Of a stretch of 64,000 nucleotides of DNA, positions 25,401-39,773 are shown one piece after another. The stretch lies in the NCBI RefSeq assembly GCF_006345805.1, contig NC_043007.1, positions 48,856,001 through 48,920,000 on the forward strand. Reading direction: 5' to 3'. This stretch comes from Octopus sinensis. Taxonomy: Eukaryota. The translations under genes and the position numbers were made by a program. How positions within the stretch are numbered: position 1 is the first letter of the stretch; each line of letters opens with the position of its first letter. Under the pieces are notes generated by a model. It worked only from the letters and a program-made list of their open reading frames with translations. It was not told the origin of the DNA and made no database searches.

Positions 25401-26793
25401 TCTATAAATACTCTTCTTTAATCATTTCACCACTGGGGAATATTCGAAGGAGTCCTTTCTGCAATATGGACACATATTTATCTGAGTTTATGTTTCCCTT
25501 CAACTCCACCAGCTCTGATCAACCATTGCTTCAAATTGCTACGCAGACCATCACAGAACAGCTGCCGTGTTTCATTGTTGGCTGCAATCTTTTCACATCA
25601 AATTCTTGATCACAGTCTCCAGACCCACACTCAACCACTATCAGCAAATACAGCAAATCTGGACTCATCAGAGAATATGACAGTGTCCCAAAATGCTAGT
25701 GGCCTCTCCACCATCTCACTGGCCCAATCTTTTCTCTGCTTGAGGTTAGCTGGTTGAAGAAGTGGCTTCCATCTTGCTGCTCTGCCATAGTAACCAAGTT
25801 TGTGAAGTTACCTGACAGCTGTTCTGGGACTGACATCAACCTGTTCTGCTATGTCAGAACCCTTGCTACGAGGATTATCCGACACATTTCTCTTAACAAA
25901 GAGAAGGGTCCTGTCAAAGGGCCCTGGTTGATCTGGGCGAGGTAGTGTGGATTCCTGCCTCGCTCTGGTAAATTGCAAAATCACTCTATTAACTGTAGAA
26001 AGCAGGATCCCAAGGTTTTCAGCAATTTTACGATTTTACGACTCACAATACGGCCTCTTTGAAATTCAAACAGTCCCAAGGCTTCTTTTCTACATGGCAT
26101 GATCAAACAGTCATATATAAAACCCGAAACATAAAAATGTCGATTAATAAAAAATATAAATCTTTAGAAGTTAGAATAAACATAAAACGGTGTTTTGTGG
26201 GGTATCTGTTTACGTGTGTGTGTAAATATATGCTATCTATATAACATTCATATAATATATATCTTATACTATGAATTATGTGTGTTAAATTATATATAAA
26301 ATATATATTACATATTTTAATTGCATATATAACACACACATGATATATATATATATATATATAATGGTTGAAGTCGGTTACTTTTCCATACCCGAACAAA
26401 CGGAAATCTTCAATCGGTGAACTAGCAAAGAACAAAGAAAGGTTTAATGTGTGTGTTTATATGTATATTTATCAAAAAATAGTACAAACCAGCCAAATTA
26501 TTGTAGCAATCGGCCTGAATAGCTGAAATGGTTTGACGATAATCTACTGGGACGTTGTAAGAAGGAAATGAGTCTGGTGACTGTTGGAGACAGTCGGTGA
26601 GAGGACGACAAACGTTGTCCATATTCAGCTTCAGCTGAAGTAATGCTCGGTGATATTTGCCAGTCGCCTGTCTGTACTTCTTCTCTTTATAAAATTCGTT
26701 ACCTTCATTCTTCAAAGTCTTTGCAGTTTCAATGCGTTCGTCAATATTCTGTTTATATTTCATATCAATTAGCGAACTATCAGAGTTGGCCAT
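22436..26793 (-). CDS. TTC9C: TPR-repeat protein of the TTC9 family (TTC9C-like), 3 coding exons, 206 aa
   Basis: Exons 26793-26490, 23504-23322 and 22569-22436 have GT-AG introns (both phase 1) and splice into one open frame ending TAG. Motifs match TTC9 proteins: [77 protein letters not shown]. An in-frame TGA lies 6 codons upstream of the ATG. Confidence 0.92.
25032..26208 (-). mobile_element. Tc1-family transposon relic in TTC9C intron 1
   Basis: [43 protein letters not shown]; imperfect TIRs AGACACCCTCATAA / TTTTGTGGGGTATCTG. Confidence 0.85.
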
Positions 26794-28352
26794 CTTCCCT
26801 AACCGGTGTCAGGTGAAATATAATGTCTTTGAAATAAAATTTCACTAATTTTTATGGATTGTATTTGCCATTGCCATCAAAGGCATTTTTCACCTAATAG
26901 TTTTATCCTTGTATAAAATTTGTAGGAGTCTACGTAGGGGAGGATAGTGCCCATCATCTTTGTTTGCTTATGGTGCTTTTTCACGATGATGTTCAGCCTG
27001 AATAGCTACAGGTAAAACGTTCTGGGAATGGAACCAAGTAATAGTTGATCTGTATGTTTGTAACAAAATATTCTGTCAAAGACATCCAAGACCGACACTA
27101 AATAATAATTGCTAGAGTAATTTAGAGGGCGTTCACATAAAGTAAGTTTGCACTATGCTATTGGTCTACTATGCAGATGATATACCTGAGCTATTCTCCT
27201 CGAGCTTTATATTGCTTTGCCCAACCAATTATATACCTCCACATCCTTGTGTATACACAACTATTTTCCTGTGGCTATTTATCTTGGAGACGCATGAATT
27301 ATTCTTCCCTAAATAATTTTAAAAAAAAATAAGTTCAAAGATCTCATTGTGTCTTTCTCTTCTCAACTTTACTCACTATGTATTTTAATTGATTGGGACT
27401 TTCGTATCTGAATGTGATAGTTCAGTTTCAGCAGGTCATATCCTTAGTTGTTATATGTCGGATTCTGCTGCATTATGTGCAAAACAAATAACGGTTTCAA
27501 AATACTGAATGTTTATATCTACCAAATTTATTATTATTCGTTCACAGTCACACGGCTTCAGCTTCAACAAATCTACACAAATACTCAATTACTAGAATAT
27601 GTTTTTCAATCAGCTGCATTCAAAATCATTGTTGTTTCCGATTAGTTATCAATCATTTTTTTTTTTGCCTTTAAAAACTAAATAAAACAACTAGGGACTT
27701 AAAGAACACCAATGAACTCATTTACAACTCTACAAGGCAATTATCTCCGATAATCTGTTTTCAAGTGAACTGCCTTTTAATTTTTAATACTATGTGCATA
27801 TATTTTTATACAAACTACCTATAAGTAAAGAAATAACAGAGTGTAAGACATTGGGAATAATACCAAACCTAGTGTATCGATATACCTACGATCTAAACGT
27901 TTAAATGTCGATCCGCTCAACAAAGAACTATAGAATTAATTTTATTTCGATTTGTCGCCCTTGCCTTAGTTTGGTTTTCTATGACTTTGTTCAACGTGGT
28001 GTTCCTCACCTGTGGGCTGTGATGGCCGCGATTAATTAAAATTATCGTACACACTCTCATATAGTGAGAGTTATCTTGCTCAATGCTTTCATAATCAAAA
28101 CGATTTTGCACTCTCTAGTGCAAAACAAAAGCATTATAGCATATTAATAGAATTAAGCTAAGGAAACTAAATTAACGTGTTACAGTAAATAAATATATGA
28201 AATAGAATTCTTAAAAAATAACAAGTCTCGGTCCCTAAAGGTGATGTTTAATCATATTCAAGTGTTGATGTAACATTTATGTAGTGTTCTTTTAGTTGTT
28301 ACATATATAAATATGTAATGGTTGAACAATAATTGATAAACAAGGGGATGGA

Positions 28353-28707
28353 ACGTCGGAGTCTTCACCAACTGTAACGGTTGTTGTTAAGGTGTTGGTT
28401 ACCAGTATGCAAGTTGGAAGAAGAACAGCGATTGAAGTTGTAAAGAGATATTTATTTACCGTTACTTTAATATATACCACACCACAATGGGTAGGCTGGT
28501 GAAATAGTATAACACAGTTTGTAAAGCATGTAAAGTAAAAAGAGTTAATTTCGGCCTGTATATGCGTGTACATGATCTCATAGTAGTATATATAGAGAGA
28601 TATGGTAATGTTGCAGAGAAAAGAAATTGAGTTGATAAAAGTGAGAGTGTAGGATGAGACAGCATCTACGTTGGTTAATTCCATAGTTGTCACTCTGTGA
28701 AGTTACA
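28353..28707 (-). mobile_element. Probable 335-bp 5' LTR plus primer-binding site
   Basis: Minus strand TGTAAC...GTTACA (28707-28373) with internal TATA-like and AATAAA motifs, followed after 2 nt by TGGTGAAGACTCCGACGT. Confidence 0.5.
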
Positions 28708-29098
28708 TCAGTCGAAATAGCATTTCGCTTGAGCCATTCAGTCACTCACTAACTGATTTTAGCTTACGGAGTTCTTGTTTTTATAACTATCCAAAACTAG
28801 TTAGAAAGATGGACATATTGTTGAGAACAATAGATTTCTGGTACCTGCTATCTCAATTGTAACTTTTGGTAAAATAGAACAGGTTGGAAGGGTCAAGTGG
28901 CGAACATATTATTCTGCTTAGTGAAGGCATCTGGTAAATATAACTGCTGTCACTCACAAATATACTATATATGTGTATATATATATATATACATATATAT
29001 ATGCATATATATATGTATATATATATATATATATGTATGTATGTGTATATATATATATATATATAATATATATATATATACACACATATATATATATT

Positions 29099-29180
<82 letters not shown>

Positions 29181-29183
<3 letters not shown>

Positions 29184-29295
29184 TAAAACGGTAAGATAAT
29201 AAAAGAAAGAAAGAGACCTCAATATTATGTAAATAGAGGAAATTTATCTATACAATAATGTTACATTACTTGACTATCGAGCAATGTAACATATT

Positions 29296-29302
<7 letters not shown>
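29181..29302 (-). mobile_element. Terminal fragment of the same Penelope-like family as 11090-11158
   Basis: Reverse complement closely matches ...GATAAATT-CCTCTATTTACATAATATTGA..TCTCTTTCTTTCTTTT..TTATCTTACCGTTTT-ACCAA, followed by a small hairpin; sits in (TA)n. Confidence 0.7.
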
Positions 29303-29339
<37 letters not shown>

Positions 29340-29369
29340 TATATACATATATATATGTATATATACAAA

Positions 29370-32300
29370 ACTGGTCGCTGTCCTAAAATAGAACGTTGCC
29401 CGGCAAATCACATCTGTCATCTATGCACAAAACTCGAAAATTCCTTCCGAAATAGATGGGTTGAATGCAGTAAAGGTCGTGTTTCGATCTGCTTTCAATG
29501 TGCCACAAACTTTCAGAAGATCCCAGGTCAAAAGAAAGGACACCATACTTCTATGATGGATAAACTCTGGGAAATGGTCCAGCTACCAAACTGGTCGTTT
29601 CAGTGCCTGACTTGTGTGTCCCCTGCCACCATTGCTGCTGAACACCAAAAACCAACTACTTTGTCTCCCCAAACCAGTCTTGTTGATAAAGAACAACAGC
29701 AAAAACTGAAGCCGCCCGTGTCTTCCTCCCCTGTCACTCTTCAACAACAGCAACAGAAATCGGCCATTCATGTTGAAGAACATCAACAAAAACAGAAACT
29801 TAAGCCCCCTGAGTCTTCCTCCCCTATTGCTCTTCGACAACAAAAATTGATCATTCCAGCTTAAGTACATCAGCAAGAACAAAAACCAACCATGCCGTCC
29901 TCTCCTGATGCTTCTCAACTAAAGCAGAAATCGACCATCAGCACAGAAGTTGCAGAAATTAGATGAATGATTTCTGTTTTGAGTCGGGAAGTAGCAGGAC
30001 TCAGAGCCAGTGTCTGTCCGAAAACTCACAGTGAAGGGTCATATCGGAGTGCTTTGCTCAGCAATTTACCTGTAGCTCGTACAGAACCTCAACGCATCGA
30101 GGGAGTTGCTGAACCAGCCACTCATGAATTAATAGCCATCGGAGTGCCAGAAGATGTGGTAGATCTGCAGGCATTCATTGGAAACACAGCTAGGGATCTC
30201 AGCTGTGTCCCTCCAAAAAGTGCTTCCCGCCTTGGCCGACCGGGATCCAGGCTGATCAGGCTGTTGTTTACGGGCTTTACTGAGGTGCGGACATTCCATC
30301 TGGTTGCTGATAGAGCTCGACGTGACGACATAATCAACTTTAGAACACGTCCTGGCCTACCACCCGATGTACGCCCAAAGCTAAGATCTGTAGCTTCCCT
30401 AAATCGCAACTCTGTGCCACAGGAGAGTTTTAGCCTCCGCGATGATGGGCAAATCTGGAAATTCTGGTGAGTCGTGGATAAGGGATGCTAGTTGGACTGA
30501 GCAGACTACACCCGCAACAACAACTGGCAATACAAAAATCTTGGGAAACTAACCAAGAACAATCAGCTATCCCCTGTATATCATCATCTGAAATCCAGAT
30601 ATAAACTGCTGTCTTTGAATGCCCGTAGTTTATGCAACAAGGTGCATCTTTTTGACTCCTACGTCAAAAGTATCAACCCAGATTTCATCACAGTCATGGA
30701 AACATGGGCACACTCTGCACTCTGTGATGGAGTTTTCAGCATAGCCGGCTACAACCTGTTCCGCAAAGACCGCATTAATCGCCGCGGAGGGGGTGTGATG
30801 ATTTATGTTCGATCAAATCTATCAGCAATCCCCTGTGATGATTTGAACCAATCTCAGCAGGAAGTATTTTTCTGCAATATACACATGACCATGTCAACAC
30901 TTCTGCTCGGAGTCGTTTACCCCCCCCCCCCTAATTATCGTCAAGACGCACAGCTTTTTGATATCTTCAGAGCTGCTGCCATGAAAACAGCCACGTATGT
31001 GTATATTGCGGGTGACTTCAATTTCCCTGAGATTGACTGGGAGGCCTTCCGTTGGCCGCAAAGTGCAGACGATTTCCTTGAACTGGTGCTGAATTCAAAT
31101 TGGTCCCAAGTTGTTACCTCCCCCACAAGGGGTAACAACACTTTGGATCTGCTACTTACCGTTTCTCCTGAAACAATCATTAGTGTCACTACCGAAGAAC
31201 TTTTAGGTGACTCTGATCATTCCATGATCATGGTCGACTTGTCTCTGATTGGTTGTAACAAAAAACACAACCATCTTCAGACTGCCCGCTTTGACTGGAA
31301 TAAAGCAAACTGGAGCTCTTATTGTATTGAGCTGCAACGCCCAAACTGGCTCGAATTTTATGCCTCTGGAGATGTGGACACTATACTCCAGAACATTCTG
31401 AATTCAATATGGGCAGCATGTGAAGCATCAGTACCACGCAAGCACAAAAAACCACCCAATAGTGCAATTTGGGAGACTGCAGCAATCCGACTTGCCAGGA
31501 AAGAACGCCGTAATGCTGAACAGGAATACAAATTGCACAAATCAGAGAGCAACAGGAAAAAGCGCAATAGGTCAGACAACCACTTCAAGCAGGTGACAAA
31601 AAAGGCAGTGCTCGAATTTGAACAACGCATTGCAGCTAACCCTGACAGCAAAGTGTTCTGGAAGTATGTGCACTCAAAGCAGAGACCCCACTCTCCAGTT
31701 GGTCCCCTTCGCAATCCCCACACAGGACAGATTACTGGCAATCCTGAAGAATGTGCAGAAATCATTGCTGGATGCTATGCCGGCATCTTTACTGTCGAAG
31801 ACCAAAATGTTCCGTCTTCATCACCACTGACATCGGACTCCATATCTACTATGCAATTTACACCAGCAATGCTACAACGCCACCTTAAGAATAAACGCAA
31901 CTATGCCTCTTCTGGTCTCAATGGTGTTACATACCTACTTCTCAAATGCGGTGGGTACTTTCTTCTAAGCCAACTTTCTCTATTCTTCCAATTCTGTCTT
32001 AACAATGGTGTTACTCCAGAACAGTGGAAAACTGCCAGTGTCATCCCTCTGTTCAAAAAAGGCAACCGCACATCGCCTGTCAACTATCGCCCCGTTAGTC
32101 TTACTAGCTGCATCGTCAAACTGATGGAATCCTGTATCAGAGAAACCCTCTGGAACTTCTGGAAGTCTCACAGCCTCATCCAGCCGTCACAATTCGGATT
32201 TATTCCTAACTCCAGCTGCTGTAATCAACTTATCGAGTTTCTTGAGGACGTTACCCAAATCACTGATCGCGGATCCAGCGTGGATGTTGTTTACCTGGAC

Positions 32301-33513
32301 TTTGCTAAGGCCTTTAACTCTGTGCCACACAAAAGACTTATGGTGAAGTTTTCTGCGTTGGGTGTAAGAGACGAACTCTATAACTGGTTTAAGTCCTTTA
32401 TTTTCGGCTGAAAAGAGGTTGTCACAGTTCTAGGACAGCACTCTTCGCCCTATGAGATGACATCTGGTGTACCACAGGGATCTGTTCTTGGCCCCCTTTT
32501 ATTTGTTGCATATGTTAATGACATAGATGCCAGCTGTACCTTGAAATAAAGAGGTCAGACCCTATACACTATAGATCTCTATTGCAAGCAGACCTGGACA
32601 CAATGCAGCAGTGGATCATGGACTGGCAACTCAAGCTGGCTGTGGACAAATGTACCACCATGCATTTTGGGAGGAGAAACCCAGCGTCCACCTACTCCCT
32701 CCACAACACTAGTCTCAAAAAGTCTTCATGTGAACGTGACCTGGGTGTTATTGTCGACAGTGATTTGCGTTGGACAAAACACATCGCTAAAATTGTCAAG
32801 AAGGCTGAGGGTGTCTTGGCATCACTCACCACCTTTGTGAGCCACTCTCCGACTATCTATCTGCGGCTTTATATAGCTATGGTAAGACCTCACCTGGAAT
32901 TTGCATCACCGCTCTGGAACCCCTATCTTGCCCAGGATATCAATCGTCTGGAAGCTGTTCAGCGACGTGCAACCAAAAGAATACCCTCCATCAGGCATTT
33001 GCCATATCCTGAACGCCTTACTTCTCTGGGCATGGACACATTGAAACTCCGACGTCTGGCAGCTGACTTAGCAGACACACATAAAATTATCAACCATCGA
33101 ACAAACAATAACTCTGAGCACCTTTTCAAACTCCACCTGTCTAACACCCGTGGACATATTTACAAAGTCAGAAAACAGCACAGCTCCTATGACTTCAGGA
33201 AACATTTTTTCACGCTGAGAGTTGCTGAAGCATGGAACAAACTGCCGGCATCAGTTGTTAGTTGTCGGAGCACTGCATCCTTCAAAACTTCCATGCTTTC
33301 TGAGATTTGCCAACACTACACCTGATTTTCTCAAAACTTCCATGCTTTCTGAGATTCGCCAACACTACACCTGATTTTCTCCCCTCCATACATACACAAG
33401 CACGTATCTGATTCATGCATTGTTTGCTTTCCAGACATTTGTACATTACTGCATATACTCTGACAAGTTGTGGTGCACCTGAGCACTGTATACAATAATT
33501 TCATTATTATTAT
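29370..33513 (+). mobile_element. Near full-length CR1-group LINE (ORF1 with PHD-like finger; ORF2 APE + RT), inactivated
   Basis: ORF1 Cys pattern CHLC...WVECS...CFQC...QCLTC. ORF2 motifs NARSL, ETW, GDFN, SDH, NYRPVSLTS, LDFAKAF, GVPQGSVLGPLLF and RPHLEFA. TGA at 32409, YADD region deleted, (ATT)n tail. Confidence 0.93.
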
Positions 33514-33517
33514 ATAT

Positions 33518-33566
<49 letters not shown>

Positions 33567-33647
33567 GGTCCCGGGTTGATCCGGGGTTAACCACAGTAAG
33601 TAAGGTACTCAATATAGCAGAGTAAAATTAATTTATTATATAGAAGG

Positions 33648-33696
33648 AGCTTCTACAGGACTAGTACTGTTTCATTCAAGAGAAATCTTGGAAGCT
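33648..33696 (-). ncRNA. Hammerhead copy with a 2-nt core deletion (mirror of 38520-38570)
   Basis: Identical to the right-arm copy except CCTGAAGA->CCAAGA. Confidence 0.6.
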
Positions 33697-34032
33697 ATTT
33701 AACAAGAATTGTATTAGCATTTATACATTTAGGCAGGTTAAAGGAGTGGTGGTGGGGGACTTTTTGGGGGTAGGCATAGCGCAAAATATCATACTTGGGG
33801 GAGTGGTCAAGGAGTCAGTGGTAAGTTAGATGAAAGAATAGATAAATAAAAAAATAAAAAATAAAAAATAAAAAATAAAATATAAAATATAAAAAATAAA
33901 AAAATAAAATGTGTGCACATACATACATAAACACATATACATACACACACACATACGTACACATGTGTGCCTATACATACCTACACATACACACATACAC
34001 ATACATATATATATACATATATATACATATAC

Positions 34033-34067
<35 letters not shown>

Positions 34068-34829
34068 CATATATATACACAATCCAATACAGGCCCATTC
34101 CCTAATTTTAATTTTATTATCTTCATTTATTACTTTTGTTATCTTTGATCGCTAGAGCTAAGGATCCTGGCGATGGCAGCATGTCCAAATAGTCTGTCTA
34201 CTAGAAGGCAAGTACTCGTTCCCGCACGCACACTCAATAGCACGTACATACACCCATTCGTACACTCATACACATACACGTACGCACGCGTTTTTATACA
34301 TACAATCATCTACATACGTTCACGTATATACACATACATACTCGTACCTACAGATTCATGTCTACACTTTAGGAGGCTAGTCTATATATATACACCAATA
34401 AATATACATATATATATATAATATATATATATATACATATATATTATACACATATACACATACAACCACCACCACACATATATATACTCCTACATACAGA
34501 TACATACCTATAATATATATATATATATACCCACACATACATGTACATATATATATATATATACATACATATATATATATATATACATTATATACTACAT
34601 ATACATACATACATACACACAACACCCATATATATACACACACATACATACACATATATATACATACACACAAACATATATACACACATATATATATATA
34701 TACAATATATACACACATACATACACACACCTACATACATATACACACAAACACATACATACGTAAACATACATACATACATCCATACATCCATACTTAC
34801 ATGCCCTTATACGCATACACACACCCCCA

Positions 34830-34878
<49 letters not shown>

Positions 34879-35414
34879 TCACACATACATATACAAATAT
34901 ACGCCCACACATACATACATACATACACGTATACGCATATACGCACATACACATATACATGCGTACCCATACACGTGCCCACACGCACATGCATCCATAT
35001 GTATACACACACACACATATATACACGTGTGCAAGCATACATACATACTCATACACGCACACATACTTACATATACATATATGCACACACTTACACACAT
35101 ATATACATACACATATACATGCATACATACATATATGCATACATACACATACACGCACATACACATATACACATGCGTACCTATACACGTGCACGCACGC
35201 ACGCGCATCCATATATATACACACGCACACATATATATACACGTGTGCAAGCATACATACATACTCATACACGCGCACATACTTACATATACATATATGC
35301 ACACACTTCCACACATATATACATACACATATACATGCATACATACATATATGCATACATACACACACGCGCACTCATATATACATATATATATACACAC
35401 ATACACATACATAC

Positions 35415-35474
<60 letters not shown>

Positions 35475-35695
35475 ACATACACACATATACATACATATAC
35501 ACATACATATACATACACATATACACATACACATACATGCACACATACACACACATACACATACACCTACATACATATATATATATATATATATACACAT
35601 ATATACACACACATACACATATACACATACATATATACACACATACATACATATACATACACACACACATACATACATACACGGATACACATACC

Positions 35696-35739
<44 letters not shown>

Positions 35740-36537
35740 TATACACATGCATATACTTATATCTCTACATACTCACATATAAACATATATATATATACAC
35801 ACACACATATATATACATGTACACACACATACACATATACATACATATATACACATACACACATACATATATATATACATATATAATATACATATACATA
35901 TACAATATATACATATATACATATATACAATATATATACATATACCCCCACATATATACATATATATATATATAATACACACATACACACACACACACAC
36001 ACATACATATACACATATACATGTATACATACGCAATATGATACACATATATACACATACACGCACACAGACAGATGCATATACATACATATATATATAT
36101 AAAAATTACATATCTATATAAATACATACATGTATATGTGTATTGTATGTATTTATATAGATATGTAATTTTTATATATATATATATGTATGTATATGCA
36201 TCTGTCTGTGTGCGTGTATGTGTATATATGTGTATCATTATTGCGTATGTATACATGTATATGTGTATATGTATGTGTGTGTGTGTGTGTATGTGTGTAT
36301 ATATATATATATATGTATATATGTGGGGGTATATGTATATATATATGTATATATGTATATATGTATATATATGTATATGTATATGTATATATATATATGT
36401 ATATATATATGTATGTGTGTATGTGTATATATGTATGTATATGTGTATGTGTGTGTACATGTATATATATGTGTGTGTGTATATATATATATGTTTATAT
36501 GTGAGTATGTAGAGATATAAGTATATGCATGTGTATA

Positions 36538-36585
<48 letters not shown>

Positions 36586-36763
36586 GGTATGTGTATCCGT
36601 GTATGTATGTATGTGTGTGTGTATGTATATGTATGTATGTGTGTATATATGTATGTAGTGTATGTGTATGTGTGTGTATGTGTGCATGTATGTGTATGTG
36701 TATATGTGTATATATATGTATGTGTATATGTATGTATATGTGTGTATGTGTATATGTGTATAT

Positions 36764-36808
<45 letters not shown>

Positions 36809-37338
36809 GTATGTATGTGTATGTGTGTATATATATATGTATATATGAGTGCGCGTGTGTGTATGTATGCATATATGTATGTATGCATGTATATGTTATG
36901 TATATATGTGTGGAAGTGTGTGCATATATGTATATGTAGTATGTGCGCGTGTATGAGTATGTATGTATGCTTGCACACGTGTATATATATGTGTGCGTGT
37001 GTATATATATGGATGCGCGTGCGTGCGTGCACGTGTATAGGTACGCATGTGTATATGTGTATGTGCGTGTATGTGTATGTATGCATATATGTATGTATGC
37101 ATGTTATGTGTATGTATATATGTGTGTAAGTGTGTGCATATATGTATATGTAAGTATGTGTGCGTGTATGAGTATGTATGTATGCTTGCACACGTGTATA
37201 TATGTGTGTGTGTATACATATGGATGCATGCGTGTGGGCACGTGTATGGGTACGCATGTATATGTATGTGCGTATATGCGTATACGTGTATGTATGTATG
37301 TATGTGTGGGCGTATATTTGTATATGTATGTGTGAGTG

Positions 37339-37379
<41 letters not shown>

Positions 37380-38143
37380 TGGGGGTGTGTGTATGCGTAT
37401 AAGGGCATGTAAGTATGGATGTATGGATGTATGTATGTATGTTTACGTATGTATGTGTTTGTGTGTATATGTATGTAGGTGTGTGTATGTATGTGGATAT
37501 ATGTATATATATTATATGTGTGTATATATGTTTGTGTATGTATTATATGTGTATGTATGTGTGTGTATATATATGGGTGTGTGTGTATGTATGTATGTTT
37601 ATATGTATGTATATATATGTATATATATATATATATGTATGTATATATATAATATATATATGTACATGTATGTGTGGGTATATATATATATATATATATA
37701 GGTATGTATCTATATGTAGGAGTATATATATGTGTGTGTGTGTGTATGTGTATATGTGTATATATATATAGTATATATATATATATATATATATAATATG
37801 TATATTATTGGTGTGTATATATATAGACTAGCCTCCTAAAGTGTAGACATGAATCTGTAGGTACGAGTATGTATGTGTATATACGTGAACGTATGTAGAT
37901 GATTGTATGTATGAATATAACGCGTGCGTACGTGTATGTGTATGAGTGTACGAATGGGTGTATGTACGTGCTATTGAGTGTGCGTGCGGGAACGAGTACT
38001 TGCCTTCTAGTAGACAGACTATTTGGACATGCTGCCATCGCCAGGATCCTTAGCTCTAGCGATCAAAGATAACAAAAGTAATAAATGAAGATAATAAAAT
38101 TAAAATTAGGGAATGGGCCTGTATTGGATTGTGTATATATATG

Positions 38144-38180
<37 letters not shown>

Positions 38181-38519
38181 GTATATGTATATATATGTAT
38201 ATATATATGTATGTGTATGTGTGTATGTGTAGGTATGTATAGGCACACATGTGTACGTATGTGTGTGTGTATGTATATGTGTTTATGTATGTATGTGCAC
38301 ACATTTTATTTTTTTTATTTTTTATATTTTATATTTTATTTTTTATTTTTTATTTTTTATTTTTTTATTTATCTATTCTTTCATCTAACTTACCACTGAC
38401 TCCTTGACCACTCCCCCAAGTATGATATTTTGCGCTATGCCTACCCCCAAAAAAGTCCCCCACCACCACTCCTTTAAACCTGCCTAAATGTATAAATGCT
38501 AATACAATTCTTGTTAAAT

Positions 38520-38570
38520 AGCTTCCTGAAGATTTCTCTTGAATGAAACAGTACTAGTCCTGTAGAAGCT
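38520..38570 (+). ncRNA. Minimal type-I hammerhead ribozyme motif
   Basis: AGCTTC-CTGAAGA-TTTCTCTTGAAT-GAAA-CAG(TACTAGTC)CTG-TA-GAAGCT. 6-bp stem I, intact core, GUA cleavage triplet, self-complementary loop III (ACTAGT). The 10.1/11.1 positions are U/U. Confidence 0.8.
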
Positions 38571-38609
38571 CCTTCTATATAATAAATATATATATATATT
38601 ATATATAAT

Positions 38610-38663
<54 letters not shown>

Positions 38664-38730
38664 ATATATAATATATATATATATATATAATATAATATAT
38701 ATATATATATATATAATTATTAATATATAT

Positions 38731-38784
<54 letters not shown>

Positions 38785-38785
<1 letters not shown>

Positions 38786-39590
38786 GGCTTGAAAGAAATG
38801 AAGCTAGCATGATCCGCTGGATGTGTAATGCCAGTGTCCATGCACGACAGAGTGTAAGCGTCCTGAGAGAAATCTTGGGCATAAGAAGCATTGGATGCAG
38901 CGTGGAGAGACGATTGCGTTGGTACGGTCATGTACTTAGGATGGACGAGGAGAGATGTGTGAAGAAGTGCCACTCCCAAACTGTTGAAGGAACCCGGGGT
39001 AGAGATGGACCCAGGAAGACATGGGACGAGGTGGTCAAGCATGACCTTCATACTTTGAGCCTCACAGAGGCTATGACGAAAGACCGAGACCTCTGGAGAT
39101 ATACCGTGACTTTGAAGACCCAACAAATGAAGTGAGTTCATGCTCGCAGGACAGCCTGCTGTGCTAACCTTTGATCGTAGAGTGACCTGTTGTTCTTGAG
39201 GAGACCTGTTGAGTCAAGTTCGTCAACATCAAAAATTCGAATGGAAATTGTAGTTAAGACACCAGTGCTGGTGACACGTAAAAGCACCGTTCGAGCGTGG
39301 CAGTTACTTGCGTTGCCTGACTGGCGTCCGTGTCAGTGACACGTAAAAGCACCAACCAATCGTGGCTGTTTGCCAGCCTGCGCTTGCTCCTGTGCCTGTG
39401 GCACGTAAAAAACACCCACTACACTCACGGAGTGGTTGGAGTTAGGAAGGGCATCCAGCTGTAGAAACACTGCCAAATCAGACTGGAGCCTGGTGCAGCC
39501 TCCATGGCTTACCAGACCCCGGTCGAACCGTCCAACCCATGCTAGCATGGAAAACGGACGTTATATGATGATGATGATGATGATGATGAT
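38785..39590 (+). mobile_element. RTE LINE 3' end (ORF end + repeat-containing 3' UTR + (GAT)n tail)
   Basis: MIRWMC...RRLRWYGHVLRM...GRDGPRKTWDEVV..DRDLWR; UTR with repeated GGCACGTAAAAGCACC. Confidence 0.9.
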
Positions 39591-39646
39591 ATATGTACAT
39601 ATATATATGTATATGTAATATGTGTGTATATATATATATATGTATA

Positions 39647-39704
<58 letters not shown>

Positions 39705-39727
39705 GTATATGTATATATACATATGTG

Positions 39728-39773
<46 letters not shown>

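Larger units (their letters stand above)
33564..38587. mobile_element. ~5 kb fold-back palindrome, probable non-autonomous Penelope-like element with inverted pseudo-LTR
   Basis: 33631-~36130 is the reverse complement of ~36143-38587. Hammerhead plus AATAAA at both outer ends, a ~70-nt extra tail on the left arm only, and (TA)n flanks. Confidence 0.7.

Noticed and set aside
28292-28693. 133-aa ORF on the - strand
   Set aside because: No recognisable domain, non-ATG start, and it overlaps the probable LTR.
33826-38399. Dozens of long ORFs (up to 413 aa) rich in Y/I/H/T or V/C/M
   Set aside because: These are translations of TA/CA microsatellites that lack stop codons in several frames; no coding signal.
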